The position numbers were made by a program, and so were the translations under genes. This document shows, piece by piece, positions 52,526-61,619 of a DNA stretch of 64,000 bases. A model generated the notes under the pieces. That model was not told the origin of the DNA and did no database searches. It saw only the letters and a program-made list of their open reading frames with translations. How positions within the stretch are numbered: position 1 is the first letter of the stretch; every line of letters begins with the position of its first letter. Source of the stretch: Verrucomicrobiia bacterium (GTDB lineage: Bacteria > Verrucomicrobiota > Verrucomicrobiia > Limisphaerales > UBA1319); the NCBI GenBank assembly GCA_963664225.1, contig OY760937.1, positions 768,001-832,000 on the forward strand, in the 5' to 3' direction.

Positions 52526-53107
52526 TTAGAGCTTATTCACAATCGATAAAATGTCCTGGAGCACTTTTGCGGGGGCCTGCATGGCATCGATACGATGGAC
52601 AAGATTTTCCCCATAGAAGTCGAGCAGCGGCTTGGTGTCCTTTTCATAGATATCCAGACGCTGCAGGATGACTTCGTAGTTGGCATCGTCGAGCCGGTTT
52701 TCTTTCAAAGCGCGGCGTTGCAGGCGTGAAATTAATTTGGTCCGGTCGGGGCAAGTGAGATAGAACACAGCCTGAACGTCAAGAACCCCGACCAGCATTT
52801 GGGCCTGGGCGACGTTGCGCGGGATGCCGTCCAGCACGACAATGTCGCGCTCGGGGATGAACTGGCCTCCTTTGGTCCGGGATTCGATGAATTGCTGCCA
52901 AAGTCGAATGGTGTATTCATCTGGAACCAATTCGCCACGGCTGGAAAAATCCAAAAAAGTCCGCCCCAAATCGCTTTCAACCGTCAGATTGCGGAAGACA
53001 TCCCCGCAGGCACAATGGAAGAAACTGGGAACGGTTCCCAAAACCTTGCCTTGAGTGCCTTTTCCCGCTCCGGGAGCGCCGAATAGTAAAATGGCTCGCA
53101 GTTTCAT
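52526..53107 (-). CDS. adk: Adenylate/nucleoside monophosphate kinase
   Basis: GAPGAGKGTQ, GELVPD, LDGIPR. Confidence 0.8.
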   Translation of the reverse strand: MKLRAILLFGAPGAGKGTQGKVLGTVPSFFHCACGDVFRNLTVESDLGRTFLDFSSRGELVPDEYTIRLWQQFIESRTKGGQFIPERDIVVLDGIPRNVAQAQMLVGVLDVQAVFYLTCPDRTKLISRLQRRALKENRLDDANYEVILQRLDIYEKDTKPLLDFYGENLVHRIDAMQAPAKVLQDILSIVNKL

Positions 53108-53238
53108 CGCCTTTAACCTTTGCCGGACGACACCGTATAAACGCGGTCCCCTGGAGCCTTGCCCATCGCGGTGGCCCTGGTTGATGCCCGTGCATGAAAC
53201 CGCCGAATCTGTTTGGGCCGTCTGGCGGCCTCACTATA

Positions 53239-54255
53239 TCACTTGGCGTCCTTGTGGCGCAACTGGACTTGTGTGATTTCAGAAAATGAAATGCCCACAT
53301 CGGCATTACCGCCGCGGGCCAGTTGGATATGAACCTCGTTGCCGGTGATGCGTGTAAAGCGACGCGCCTGATACTCGTCCTTGACTGTTTTAATCACGAT
53401 GACCATTTCTTTTTCCGCATCGCCAAGAACCATACGAAAATATCCCGGGAATTTGGTCTCGAAAAACCGGCGGTCGAAGTTGGCATCGTTGCGCGTGTAG
53501 GTTGCAGGCTGCAACGCGGTTGGGGCGGCCTTGCCGCCTTTATTCATGCTCAGAGCGCCACTGCCACCGGGAGGCGGGGGCGCGCCATGCTCCGCGGAAG
53601 TCTCGGCGCTGGGTCGGGCCGGCTCGCCTGAAGCGCCATAGTCATGCAGCGATGGCAGGGATAGAAAAATCAAGGGGCCAACGACGGGCAGCAACGCGGA
53701 TACGCCGCAGACCAGGGGAACGGGACGGCCCCGGAAAAGGGCCACTTCATAAGCTGCGAACAGGTTGGCCAGGCAAAGCAGAGCCAGTATCGCCATGGTC
53801 ACGGGGGCGGTGACGATATCCATGAAATTGCCCTTAGCCGGCGGCAGTTCGATTCTCTCGACCGGCTTGGGGGTGAACGCTTTTTTGACAGGCGCCTTTT
53901 TCGGCTTTAAATCCAAGGGGACATCCAGGAACGGCTCTGCAAATTTCTGGGCCTGGGGATATTTAATCAACTGCTGGAGGGTTTCCTGAGTGAACTTGGT
54001 CCAGGAAACGCGGTCTGAGAATCCGCCGATGTTCAACCGGACCACCAGGCCGTCTTCATTGGCGGAGGCAATTTCTCCTTTGAGAATGTCGCCCGTGGTC
54101 ATGACAAATTCATTTGTAGAGGCATTTGTGGACGCACTTATGGGGGGATTCGCGGGTGTATTTGTGGTGTCCTGGGCGGTAGCATTCCACGCGTTGGGGC
54201 CGACCATTCCTCCCAACAAGCAAACCCAAACAATAATTATGTATGTGCGGAACAT
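53239..54255 (-). CDS. Hypothetical membrane protein
   Basis: Signal peptide, central TM pair. Confidence 0.7.
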   Translation of the reverse strand: MFRTYIIIVWVCLLGGMVGPNAWNATAQDTTNTPANPPISASTNASTNEFVMTTGDILKGEIASANEDGLVVRLNIGGFSDRVSWTKFTQETLQQLIKYPQAQKFAEPFLDVPLDLKPKKAPVKKAFTPKPVERIELPPAKGNFMDIVTAPVTMAILALLCLANLFAAYEVALFRGRPVPLVCGVSALLPVVGPLIFLSLPSLHDYGASGEPARPSAETSAEHGAPPPPGGSGALSMNKGGKAAPTALQPATYTRNDANFDRRFFETKFPGYFRMVLGDAEKEMVIVIKTVKDEYQARRFTRITGNEVHIQLARGGNADVGISFSEITQVQLRHKDAK

Positions 54256-54333
54256 GATGGGACACTCTTTAGCAAAGCGTTTGGGCCAGAGAAAGCAAAA
54301 TCCGAGGGCATTTCGCCGGGGCCGATCCCGGGA

Positions 54334-54945
54334 TCAAATGGTTAATTGAACTGATTTTTCCTGAAGCTGGGATTCCCACCGGGCCAGAAAGCTCAGCGTC
54401 CTGTAAATTTGTTCCAAACGGTCCAATGACAGGGCTTGCGGGCGGGCAGGGGAAGGGGCTTCATCCCAAACGCGGCTAAGTTCTTTTAATTCGTTTTCCA
54501 AGCCGCTGGAAACCCCGTTTAATTTCTTCCGCAGCACCGATATTTGATCGGCCCAATCGAGGCCCTTTTCAAAGAGTTGCACTTTGAGCAAGGGGGAGGT
54601 GACTTGTTTGCGCTCAGTCAAAAAAAGGTCGAGTTGTTTGCATAGCTGCGCGACTTCCATGAAGTATTCCATCGTGCCGGGGGGAATGCGCTGGATGTCG
54701 CGGAGGGGCGCGCCGGATTCGAGCATGATCAGATGGAGAAGGCGCTCCTTTGTGTTGCTCAAGCACTGATAGGCTGCGTTGAGTTCGGCATACCTGGCAT
54801 TGGCCGACTGTCTGGCCTCCGCCCCCTGTTGGTGAACCCGGTCGGGATGGCATTGGGTCGATAGGGAGAGAAATTTATTCTTCAGCCCTTCGGGAGCGAT
54901 CCAAGGCCGACGTGTTTCACCCAAAAGCGCGAAGTAGTCTGTCAT
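54334..54945 (-). CDS. hscB: HscB-like J-domain co-chaperone
   Basis: DYFALLG, HPD, LNAAYQCL; adjacent to iscA. Confidence 0.75.
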   Translation of the reverse strand: MTDYFALLGETRRPWIAPEGLKNKFLSLSTQCHPDRVHQQGAEARQSANARYAELNAAYQCLSNTKERLLHLIMLESGAPLRDIQRIPPGTMEYFMEVAQLCKQLDLFLTERKQVTSPLLKVQLFEKGLDWADQISVLRKKLNGVSSGLENELKELSRVWDEAPSPARPQALSLDRLEQIYRTLSFLARWESQLQEKSVQLTI

Positions 54946-54947
54946 GG

Positions 54948-55337
54948 TCAGGCGCTAAAGCTTTCGCCGCAGGAGCAGGTATTTGTGGCGTTGGGATTGT
55001 TGACCTTAAAACCGCCGCCCATCAAGGCGTCCACAAAATCGAGTTCCGATCCGGTCACATAGAGGGCGCTTTTGGGGTCCACCACGACTTTGACTCCGCG
55101 CGCAACGACCAGAAAATCCCGGTCTGCGGGGCCATCCTGAAGGTCCATTTTGTATTGCAACCCTGAGCACCCGCCTCCCACCACTGCGATCCGCAATACG
55201 CCGTTGGGACGACCTTGTTTTTGAAGCAAGGCCAGGATTTTCTCCGCGGCAGCCGGAGAAATGCGTATTAAACGCTCATCACCAGTGCGATAGTTCGGGG
55301 CCGGGTTGCCCCCGTTTTGTGCTGTGTCCGGTGTCAT
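54948..55337 (-). CDS. iscA: Fe-S cluster assembly accessory protein (IscA/HesB)
   Basis: GGGCSG, CSCGESF. Confidence 0.88.
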   Translation of the reverse strand: MTPDTAQNGGNPAPNYRTGDERLIRISPAAAEKILALLQKQGRPNGVLRIAVVGGGCSGLQYKMDLQDGPADRDFLVVARGVKVVVDPKSALYVTGSELDFVDALMGGGFKVNNPNATNTCSCGESFSA

Positions 55338-55373
55338 CGGAATGTTTGAACCTATTATTGCTGAAGAACCTGG

Positions 55374-56837
55374 TTAACGCGCCTGAACCGGTTTGCTGCC
55401 GTTGGGTTTGGGCATGAACATGTCCTCCGAGGTCAGACCGCACTCGCGGATCATTTGAAAGCAATAATCCAGGCGTCCAATATCATTGTCCCCGTTATTG
55501 GTGCCAAACGAAAATTTGGCGCCGGCTTTTTTGGCCATTTTGATGAAGGCCGGGCTGGGCAGTTTGTAGCGGGCGTTGATTTCAATGGCCACTCCGTGGT
55601 TAACCGCAGCGTCGATGACTTTGCTCATGCGCTCCGGGGTCCACAAAGCGTCATATTCTGCGGCGATTTCATCGGGCAAGAACGTGGGATTGACGTAAAT
55701 GTCGATGGGTTCGTTGCTCAGAATGCCGACCGCGCGTTTGACCAGCATTTCCATGAATTCCTGTTTGTCTCCGACTTCCACTTCGTCCTTGATCCACAGG
55801 CGCATCCTCCTTCCCTTGTCATTGGAGAAGGTCATGGAGTCGGTGAACACGTAGTCAAATTTGGCGATCGCTTCCTTCGAGAACATTTTGACCCATTCAC
55901 GGCCTTCGGCCTGCATTCCGATAAAGACGGGTTGACCGCGCATTTTTGCGAGGAAGTCGTCGATGCCAGCGTCATTGGTAATGGAGAAGCCGACGCCGCA
56001 ATTCATGGCGACTCCGTAGAAAATGCCGGACTTATGGGATTGCGCCAGTGCCTGATCCATTGTCAGGCCGCCTTTAAGATGGGCGTGAAAATTGACCAAT
56101 GGGAAATTGTCGTGGCTTAATTGAATGACCTGTTTGTAATAATCATCCACGACAGGAGTTTCATCGGTGCCAGATTCTGCGGTGTCGGGCAGTGCGCGAA
56201 CCCGCAGGTTCTTAAAGAGGGCCTTGCTGTTTTGATCATGGCATTGAAGGGCGAAGGTGCCGTGGGATAAGCGCTTTGCTGGGCTGGTCGCGTCAGCGGC
56301 CTCCACGTAATCGACTACCAGAATATCATTAAGACGGACCTGCACACGGTGTCCCGTCACCTTGATATTCATGTTGAACCATTCATCATCCCGCACGATG
56401 GATTTATAGGTATTGCGAATTCCGTAAAGGCTCCCGGTCTTTTTAAATTCGTAATAATTCCCTTGTTTGGGCTGGGTGTTGTTGATTTGAACTTCAAAGC
56501 CCGCCCTGGGCCATCCGGCGTTGTCGAATGCGGTGTGGAAATAAATGCCGGAGTTGGCCCCAGCATGGGTCATGACATCCGCGCTGAATTCAAAATTCTT
56601 AAAGTCCGCAGCGCCATCCTTGCCCATATAAAAGAGATGGGCGCGATCTCCATCCGCGGCAATGCAGCCATCGGACACTTTAAACGAAGACTGGCGCTCG
56701 CCAGCCTTCCATCCGTCGAGACTTTTTCCATCGAACAACGGCGTCCAAACTGGCTCGGCGCCAGCCGTTTCCGCCTGGGCAACGCAAAGGATTGTGCAAC
56801 ACAAACCTGCCGCAACCATCAATAGACGTTTCAACAT
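55374..56837 (-). CDS. DUF1080 + PHP-like domain secreted protein
   Basis: LFDGKSLDGW, NSGIYFH, LQCHD; C-terminal HAHL, AIEIN, FSFGTN. Confidence 0.75.
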   Translation of the reverse strand: MLKRLLMVAAGLCCTILCVAQAETAGAEPVWTPLFDGKSLDGWKAGERQSSFKVSDGCIAADGDRAHLFYMGKDGAADFKNFEFSADVMTHAGANSGIYFHTAFDNAGWPRAGFEVQINNTQPKQGNYYEFKKTGSLYGIRNTYKSIVRDDEWFNMNIKVTGHRVQVRLNDILVVDYVEAADATSPAKRLSHGTFALQCHDQNSKALFKNLRVRALPDTAESGTDETPVVDDYYKQVIQLSHDNFPLVNFHAHLKGGLTMDQALAQSHKSGIFYGVAMNCGVGFSITNDAGIDDFLAKMRGQPVFIGMQAEGREWVKMFSKEAIAKFDYVFTDSMTFSNDKGRRMRLWIKDEVEVGDKQEFMEMLVKRAVGILSNEPIDIYVNPTFLPDEIAAEYDALWTPERMSKVIDAAVNHGVAIEINARYKLPSPAFIKMAKKAGAKFSFGTNNGDNDIGRLDYCFQMIRECGLTSEDMFMPKPNGSKPVQAR

Positions 56838-57052
56838 AAATTATTTTGCGTTCAGAATTTCTGAATGAGCTTCAAATACGCTTTCATGGATGGACTACGG
56901 TGGCAAGCGCGGAATTCGAAGCGCCGCGAATGACGATGGATGAGAGTGTCAAACGAAATGGAGGTCCCCCTGAAATGAACAAAAAAAGTATAATCCGTCG
57001 TTTTTTCGCGTGACAATAAAAACAGGTCACTTATATTTGGCCTCCCTTTAGC

Positions 57053-57127
57053 GACCCTATGGTCTAGCGGTTAGGACACCACCCTTTCACGGTGGTAGCT
57101 CGGGTTCGATTCCCGATAGGGTCGCCA
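57053..57127 (+). tRNA. tRNA-Glu(TTC)
   Basis: GACCCTA/TAGGGTC, CCACC-CTTTCAC-GGTGG, GGTTCGATT, CCA. Confidence 0.95.
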
Positions 57128-57469
57128 TTTTTGCTCTGAGTCGATCAGTTAAAACTTCATAAGCGGCATGGAGCCATTCTTAGAAAACCAGTCGTAAAGG
57201 CAATTCCCGCAATTCATTATGAGGCTCTTCGGGGTTGACTGGGGTTTTAGCCGGGAAGATTTGGAACAAAGGAGGGGACCAAAAGAATGTGCGCGGAGTA
57301 TTGCCTTTAAGCCCGGTTCTGGCACAATAGCTTTTGAACGGAAGACTGATCGACGGCCAATCAAGTCCTGGGTTTGGTCAAAATTACCGGCTTGAGGCTT
57401 CAGCACTGAGTTCGAGTGCGCGAGGTGGTTTGAGGGGCGCGGGAGGATTGGTCTGGCCGGATTGTTTGA

Positions 57470-57546
57470 GCGCTCGTAGCTCAGTTGGATAGAGCAACGG
57501 ATTTCTAATCCGTTGGTCGTGGGTTCGAATCCCGCCGGGCGCACCA
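57470..57546 (+). tRNA. tRNA-Arg(TCT)
   Basis: GCGCTCG/CGGGCGC, ACGGA-TTTCTAA-TCCGT, GGTTCGAAT, CCA. Confidence 0.95.
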
Positions 57547-57604
57547 ACTTTTGGAAACTTCAAAAACTTCTGCCAGAAAATACTCGAGTCAGGTGTTAAC
57601 GAAG

Positions 57605-58120
57605 CTAGGGCAGCGCTTTGGCGGCGCTTAGGGAGGGCGGGGGTTCTGACGCGTGGTGACCAAAAAGTCGTTTTCTATTATGGAACAGGTAATAGCAAAT
57701 GAACATGTTGATCACGAGGATGCAGCCCACGATGATTGTAAACGCATGACTGAGGTTGAAGACTTCGATGGGGATGAAGAATGCGGATTCTCCGATTGCG
57801 AGCCAGCCAGCCCAACTGATGCGCAAGAGCAAGCCTGTTCCCTCGATTAAAGAGAACAGGCTGTAAATAAAAGTTCCCACCGCCACCCAATAGACATTGG
57901 TGGGCGTGACCTGGGCGAGTTTTGCCGCCAGGTGGCTGAAGAAAACGCTTTCAGGGTCCAAGTGAACGGCGCGAAGCGTCTGGTCCAGAGCGGCATGCAA
58001 GTCTTCGCCGGCCAGGCAATAAATGCCAATGGCCAGCGATAACAGCAGCAGGCCTTTGGCCAGTTTGAATGCAATGATGCCGTAAAAACCGGCAAGCCGC
58101 TTTGACGGACTGGACATCAA
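57605..58120 (-). CDS. DUF2127-like membrane protein
   Basis: IIAFKLAKG, IEGTGL, FIPIEV. Confidence 0.75.
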   Translation of the reverse strand: MMSSPSKRLAGFYGIIAFKLAKGLLLLSLAIGIYCLAGEDLHAALDQTLRAVHLDPESVFFSHLAAKLAQVTPTNVYWVAVGTFIYSLFSLIEGTGLLLRISWAGWLAIGESAFFIPIEVFNLSHAFTIIVGCILVINMFICYYLFHNRKRLFGHHASEPPPSLSAAKALP

Positions 58121-59733
58121 CGAATCTTTTCCAACAGCATCGGCACCAGTTCGCTGATTTTGACCCGGGTTTGCTGCATTGAATCACGATCACGCAGGGT
58201 GACGGTGTCCAATAACTCTGGTTTTTCGCCGAGGGTGTCGAAGTCGATGGTGACGCCGAAAGGTGTTCCCGCCTCATCCTGTCGGCGGTAGCGACGGCCA
58301 ATGGCCCCGGCTTCGTCGTAGAAAACGGTCATGTGGGGCCGCAGTAAATCACGGACCTCCATGGCTTTTTTGACAATTTCAGGCCTGTTTTTGAGCAACG
58401 GAAACACGCCCACTTTGATGGGGGCCACGCGGGGATGAAATTTCATCACGACGCGGGTCTCGGATTTGCCTTTGTCGTCGGTGACGGTTTCTTCGTTATA
58501 CGCATGGCAGATCAGAGCGAGGACCAGACGATCGACTCCCGCGCTGGGTTCGATGACGTGCGGCAGGTAGCGGCTCTTGTCTTCTTCATCGAAGTATTCC
58601 ATCGATTTGCCGCTGAATTTCTGGTGCTGCGTGAGATCGAAGTTGCCGCGAGCGGCAATGCCTTCCAATTCCTGGGTGCCAAAGGGGAATTTGTAGAGAA
58701 TATCGACCGTGGCTTTTGCGTAATGGGCGAGTTCCTCTTTTTTCTGCCAATAAAAGTCGAGGCAATCCTGGTCCAGACCGATGCTTGCATACCATTTGAT
58801 GCGCTCATCGACCCAGTATTTGTGCCATTCCGACCAACCCCAATTGGGTTGCGGCTGGCCCGGTGTTACATCGGCTTCCGGGGCGGATTTAACGGCAATC
58901 TCGTCGGGCTTGATAAAGAATTCGAGCTCCATTTGCTCGAATTCACGCGAACGAAATGTGAAATTGCGGGGATTGATTTCGTTGCGGAACGCCTTGCCAA
59001 TCTGGCAGATGCCGAATGGAACCTTTTGACGAGAAACGTCGAGAACGTTCTTGAACTGGGCAAAAATAGCCTGGGCCGTTTCTGGCCGCAAAAAGGCGGT
59101 GTTGTCCGCGCTTTCAACGGGACCCACGAAGGTCTTGAACATGAGGTTAAACGGACGGGCCTCGGTCAGGAGACTGCCGTTTTCCGGGTTGAACCGGGTT
59201 GAATTGACCTCTTCCTCGGTTCGCTCCCCGAGAAGTTCCGGCGCAGTCAGACCCCGACCCAAATAGAATTGTTTGGCGATCTTACGTGCGTGTTCCGGGT
59301 GTTTTCCTGTGGCCACCAATACGGAGTAGGCTTCGGAACTGGCCTTGCCATTGCCTTCGTCTTTTGCGCCTGTAAAATGGTAAATGGTGCCGGATTGCGG
59401 TTCGATCTGGTCGGCGCGAAAGCGTTTTTTGGTGAGCAGGCAATCGACCATGGGATCGCTGAAGGTGGCGGTGTGACCACTGGCCTCCCAGATTTTGGGG
59501 TGCATGATAATGCTGGCGTCCAGACCCACAACGTCATCGCGCTGCTGGGTCATGCTGCGCCACCAACGATCTTTAACGTTGCGTTTTAGTTCGGCGCCGA
59601 GTGGGCCGTAATCCCAAAACCCGTTGATACCGCCGTAAATCTCCGACGATTGAAAAACAAAGCCCCGCCGTTTGCAGAGGGAAACGATTTTCTCCATCTG
59701 CTCATTCACTTTTGGCTCCTGCGCTTCAGACAT
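58117..59733 (-). CDS. glyQS: Glycine--tRNA ligase (alpha2 type)
   Basis: DYGPLG, LRPETAQ, FRNEI, REFEQME, IEPSAG. Confidence 0.95.
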   Translation of the reverse strand: MSEAQEPKVNEQMEKIVSLCKRRGFVFQSSEIYGGINGFWDYGPLGAELKRNVKDRWWRSMTQQRDDVVGLDASIIMHPKIWEASGHTATFSDPMVDCLLTKKRFRADQIEPQSGTIYHFTGAKDEGNGKASSEAYSVLVATGKHPEHARKIAKQFYLGRGLTAPELLGERTEEEVNSTRFNPENGSLLTEARPFNLMFKTFVGPVESADNTAFLRPETAQAIFAQFKNVLDVSRQKVPFGICQIGKAFRNEINPRNFTFRSREFEQMELEFFIKPDEIAVKSAPEADVTPGQPQPNWGWSEWHKYWVDERIKWYASIGLDQDCLDFYWQKKEELAHYAKATVDILYKFPFGTQELEGIAARGNFDLTQHQKFSGKSMEYFDEEDKSRYLPHVIEPSAGVDRLVLALICHAYNEETVTDDKGKSETRVVMKFHPRVAPIKVGVFPLLKNRPEIVKKAMEVRDLLRPHMTVFYDEAGAIGRRYRRQDEAGTPFGVTIDFDTLGEKPELLDTVTLRDRDSMQQTRVKISELVPMLLEKIR

Positions 59734-60086
59734 AAGGGGATAGTTTTAGGGAAGCGACCGTTCATGTCAATAAGACACGGAAAAAATGGGAAGTGAAGGT
59801 TATAAACATGGATGGAAAGGATGGGGAAATGGGGAGAATGGATAAGGGCAGAATGGATAATGGACAACCGGGGTCCCGTCCTAAAATAGGTTGTCACTAA
59901 TGAGACAACAAAACAGTGTTCGAAGGGTGGGGATACGGTACAGTGAGTCGTTTAAAATGGCCGTGGTTCGGGAGCTGGAAGAGGGCGAAATGTCCTTTGA
60001 GCCCGAAATCCGAAATAGGAACGGCCCATCTGACGCAATCATTTGGCCATCCATGGTTTGAAACCGGCTGTGGAGTATTGATTTAA

Positions 60087-61618
60087 CCCGAACTCCGAAG
60101 TTAGGTCGGTTTTTTTAGGGAACCGCTAACCCCTCCGGTCATATTCCGCCCCCTCCGAAAGCTTGCCGGGCTTCCGGTGGCACCAACTTCGGCGACGCGC
60201 TTTTCAACCAGTTCAACGTGGTTTCTATCAACGGCTTGTGTTTAGCCAGTCCACCCCAGGCCGCCGAGAGCCTCACCACCACATCACGCCCCATCGTTCC
60301 CAAGAGGGCTCCCGCCAGAAAAACCGTCGTCCGCAATGTTCCTGGCTGGCGGTATGGCTGGGTTGGAGTGGTCTGATGCTGGTAAAGACTCAGCAGGTTG
60401 AATGTGAAGAGCACCGCCAGAAACGCCGACTCGGTGGCGAAAAACGATTTCAGGCAAAAACCGTTGGCAGCCAGATCATTCTTCAGCTCCTCGATCCGCT
60501 GCTCGATGGTGGCCCTTCCGTTGTAGTCCCTCCACAGTTCCAGCGCGCCTTCACTTCGGTTGGTGACGCACACTCGAAAGGTGTAACCGGGCACATCAAT
60601 GAGCTTGCGACCCAGAGCCTCCTTGTCTTCCCTGATCCGCTCCCGCAGCACCACGAATCGCCGGGCAGTGGACCAGCCAAAGAGTTGGGCTCTAAACTCC
60701 CCCACGGCATGATTTTCATCGATGGCTTTCCAGTTCTGGATTCCCACGCAATGGTATTTGATCGTGGAGGTCATGCGCGCCACCACAATGTAGGTTAATT
60801 TGCGCATTTCCAAAAACGTCACTAACGCCTCATCGAAGAACCCGCTGTCGGCACGCACGCACCGAATCCACGTTCCCTCGGGCAACAGGGCCAATGCCTC
60901 CTGCAAAAACGGCACCACCCCGCGCGCGGCTCCGGTGTTGCCGCTGCGCAACCATCCATGCAGGATAAACGGCGCTTCGGCCAGCACCGCCAGGAGCGGA
61001 TGATGGCTCTTGCGCCCCTTGCGGCGTGGATTGTACCCCTTGGCAGCCCCCTCCTGCGAACCCTCCCGGCAGAACACGGTCGAATCCAGATCCAACGAGA
61101 AGCCTGCCTTGGGGCAGGCCAGCAGATTGAGCAGCCATCGCCAGAGCGGTCGCCAGAACGCTTCGATGTGGCCCTGGCCAAAGTGCAGGAAGAAGTTGCG
61201 GATGGTGTCATCGCCCGGGAAACGTTCCATCCCCAGCATGGCGTGCAGAACATGATCGGCACGCAGCCACTGACAGTGGGCAAAGCGGCGTGCTCCCGCC
61301 ACCACAGATACGATAAAACTGGTCAGCGTATGGGCTAGAGGAATGGCATTAGGTGAAGTGGGCGCGGCAAACGGCAAGCACCGCTGCACCGCCTGCGCAT
61401 AGCCGATCTGACCCAAAAAGGTTATGAATGAAGCCAGACCGCCGAAGGGGGTTATGGCCTTGGGAGTCTCATCCAGATAGAGCTTGGCTTGGCCGAAAAG
61501 AGCGCTAATTTCGACTGGGGTCGTTTTGTGCGAGTCTGAAGCGGGCTTGTTTAGCATCAAACCCTATTGCCTCAGAAGGTTGCGCATTGCGACCTCTTTT
61601 TCTATCTCGGAGTTCGGG
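60087..61618 (-). mobile_element. IS1380-family insertion sequence
   Basis: TIRs start CCCGAACTCCGA; TSD TTTAA (60082-60086; 61619+63595-63598). Confidence 0.9.
60139..61560 (-). CDS. IS1380-family transposase
   Basis: LDLDSTV, GYNP, RADSGF, YNGRATIEQRIEELK. Confidence 0.92.
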   Translation of the reverse strand: MMLNKPASDSHKTTPVEISALFGQAKLYLDETPKAITPFGGLASFITFLGQIGYAQAVQRCLPFAAPTSPNAIPLAHTLTSFIVSVVAGARRFAHCQWLRADHVLHAMLGMERFPGDDTIRNFFLHFGQGHIEAFWRPLWRWLLNLLACPKAGFSLDLDSTVFCREGSQEGAAKGYNPRRKGRKSHHPLLAVLAEAPFILHGWLRSGNTGAARGVVPFLQEALALLPEGTWIRCVRADSGFFDEALVTFLEMRKLTYIVVARMTSTIKYHCVGIQNWKAIDENHAVGEFRAQLFGWSTARRFVVLRERIREDKEALGRKLIDVPGYTFRVCVTNRSEGALELWRDYNGRATIEQRIEELKNDLAANGFCLKSFFATESAFLAVLFTFNLLSLYQHQTTPTQPYRQPGTLRTTVFLAGALLGTMGRDVVVRLSAAWGGLAKHKPLIETTLNWLKSASPKLVPPEARQAFGGGGI

Positions 61619-61619
61619 T

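Noticed and set aside
57053..57546. tRNA-anchored genomic island
   Set aside because: No integrase and no duplicated tRNA 3' end seen in the window.
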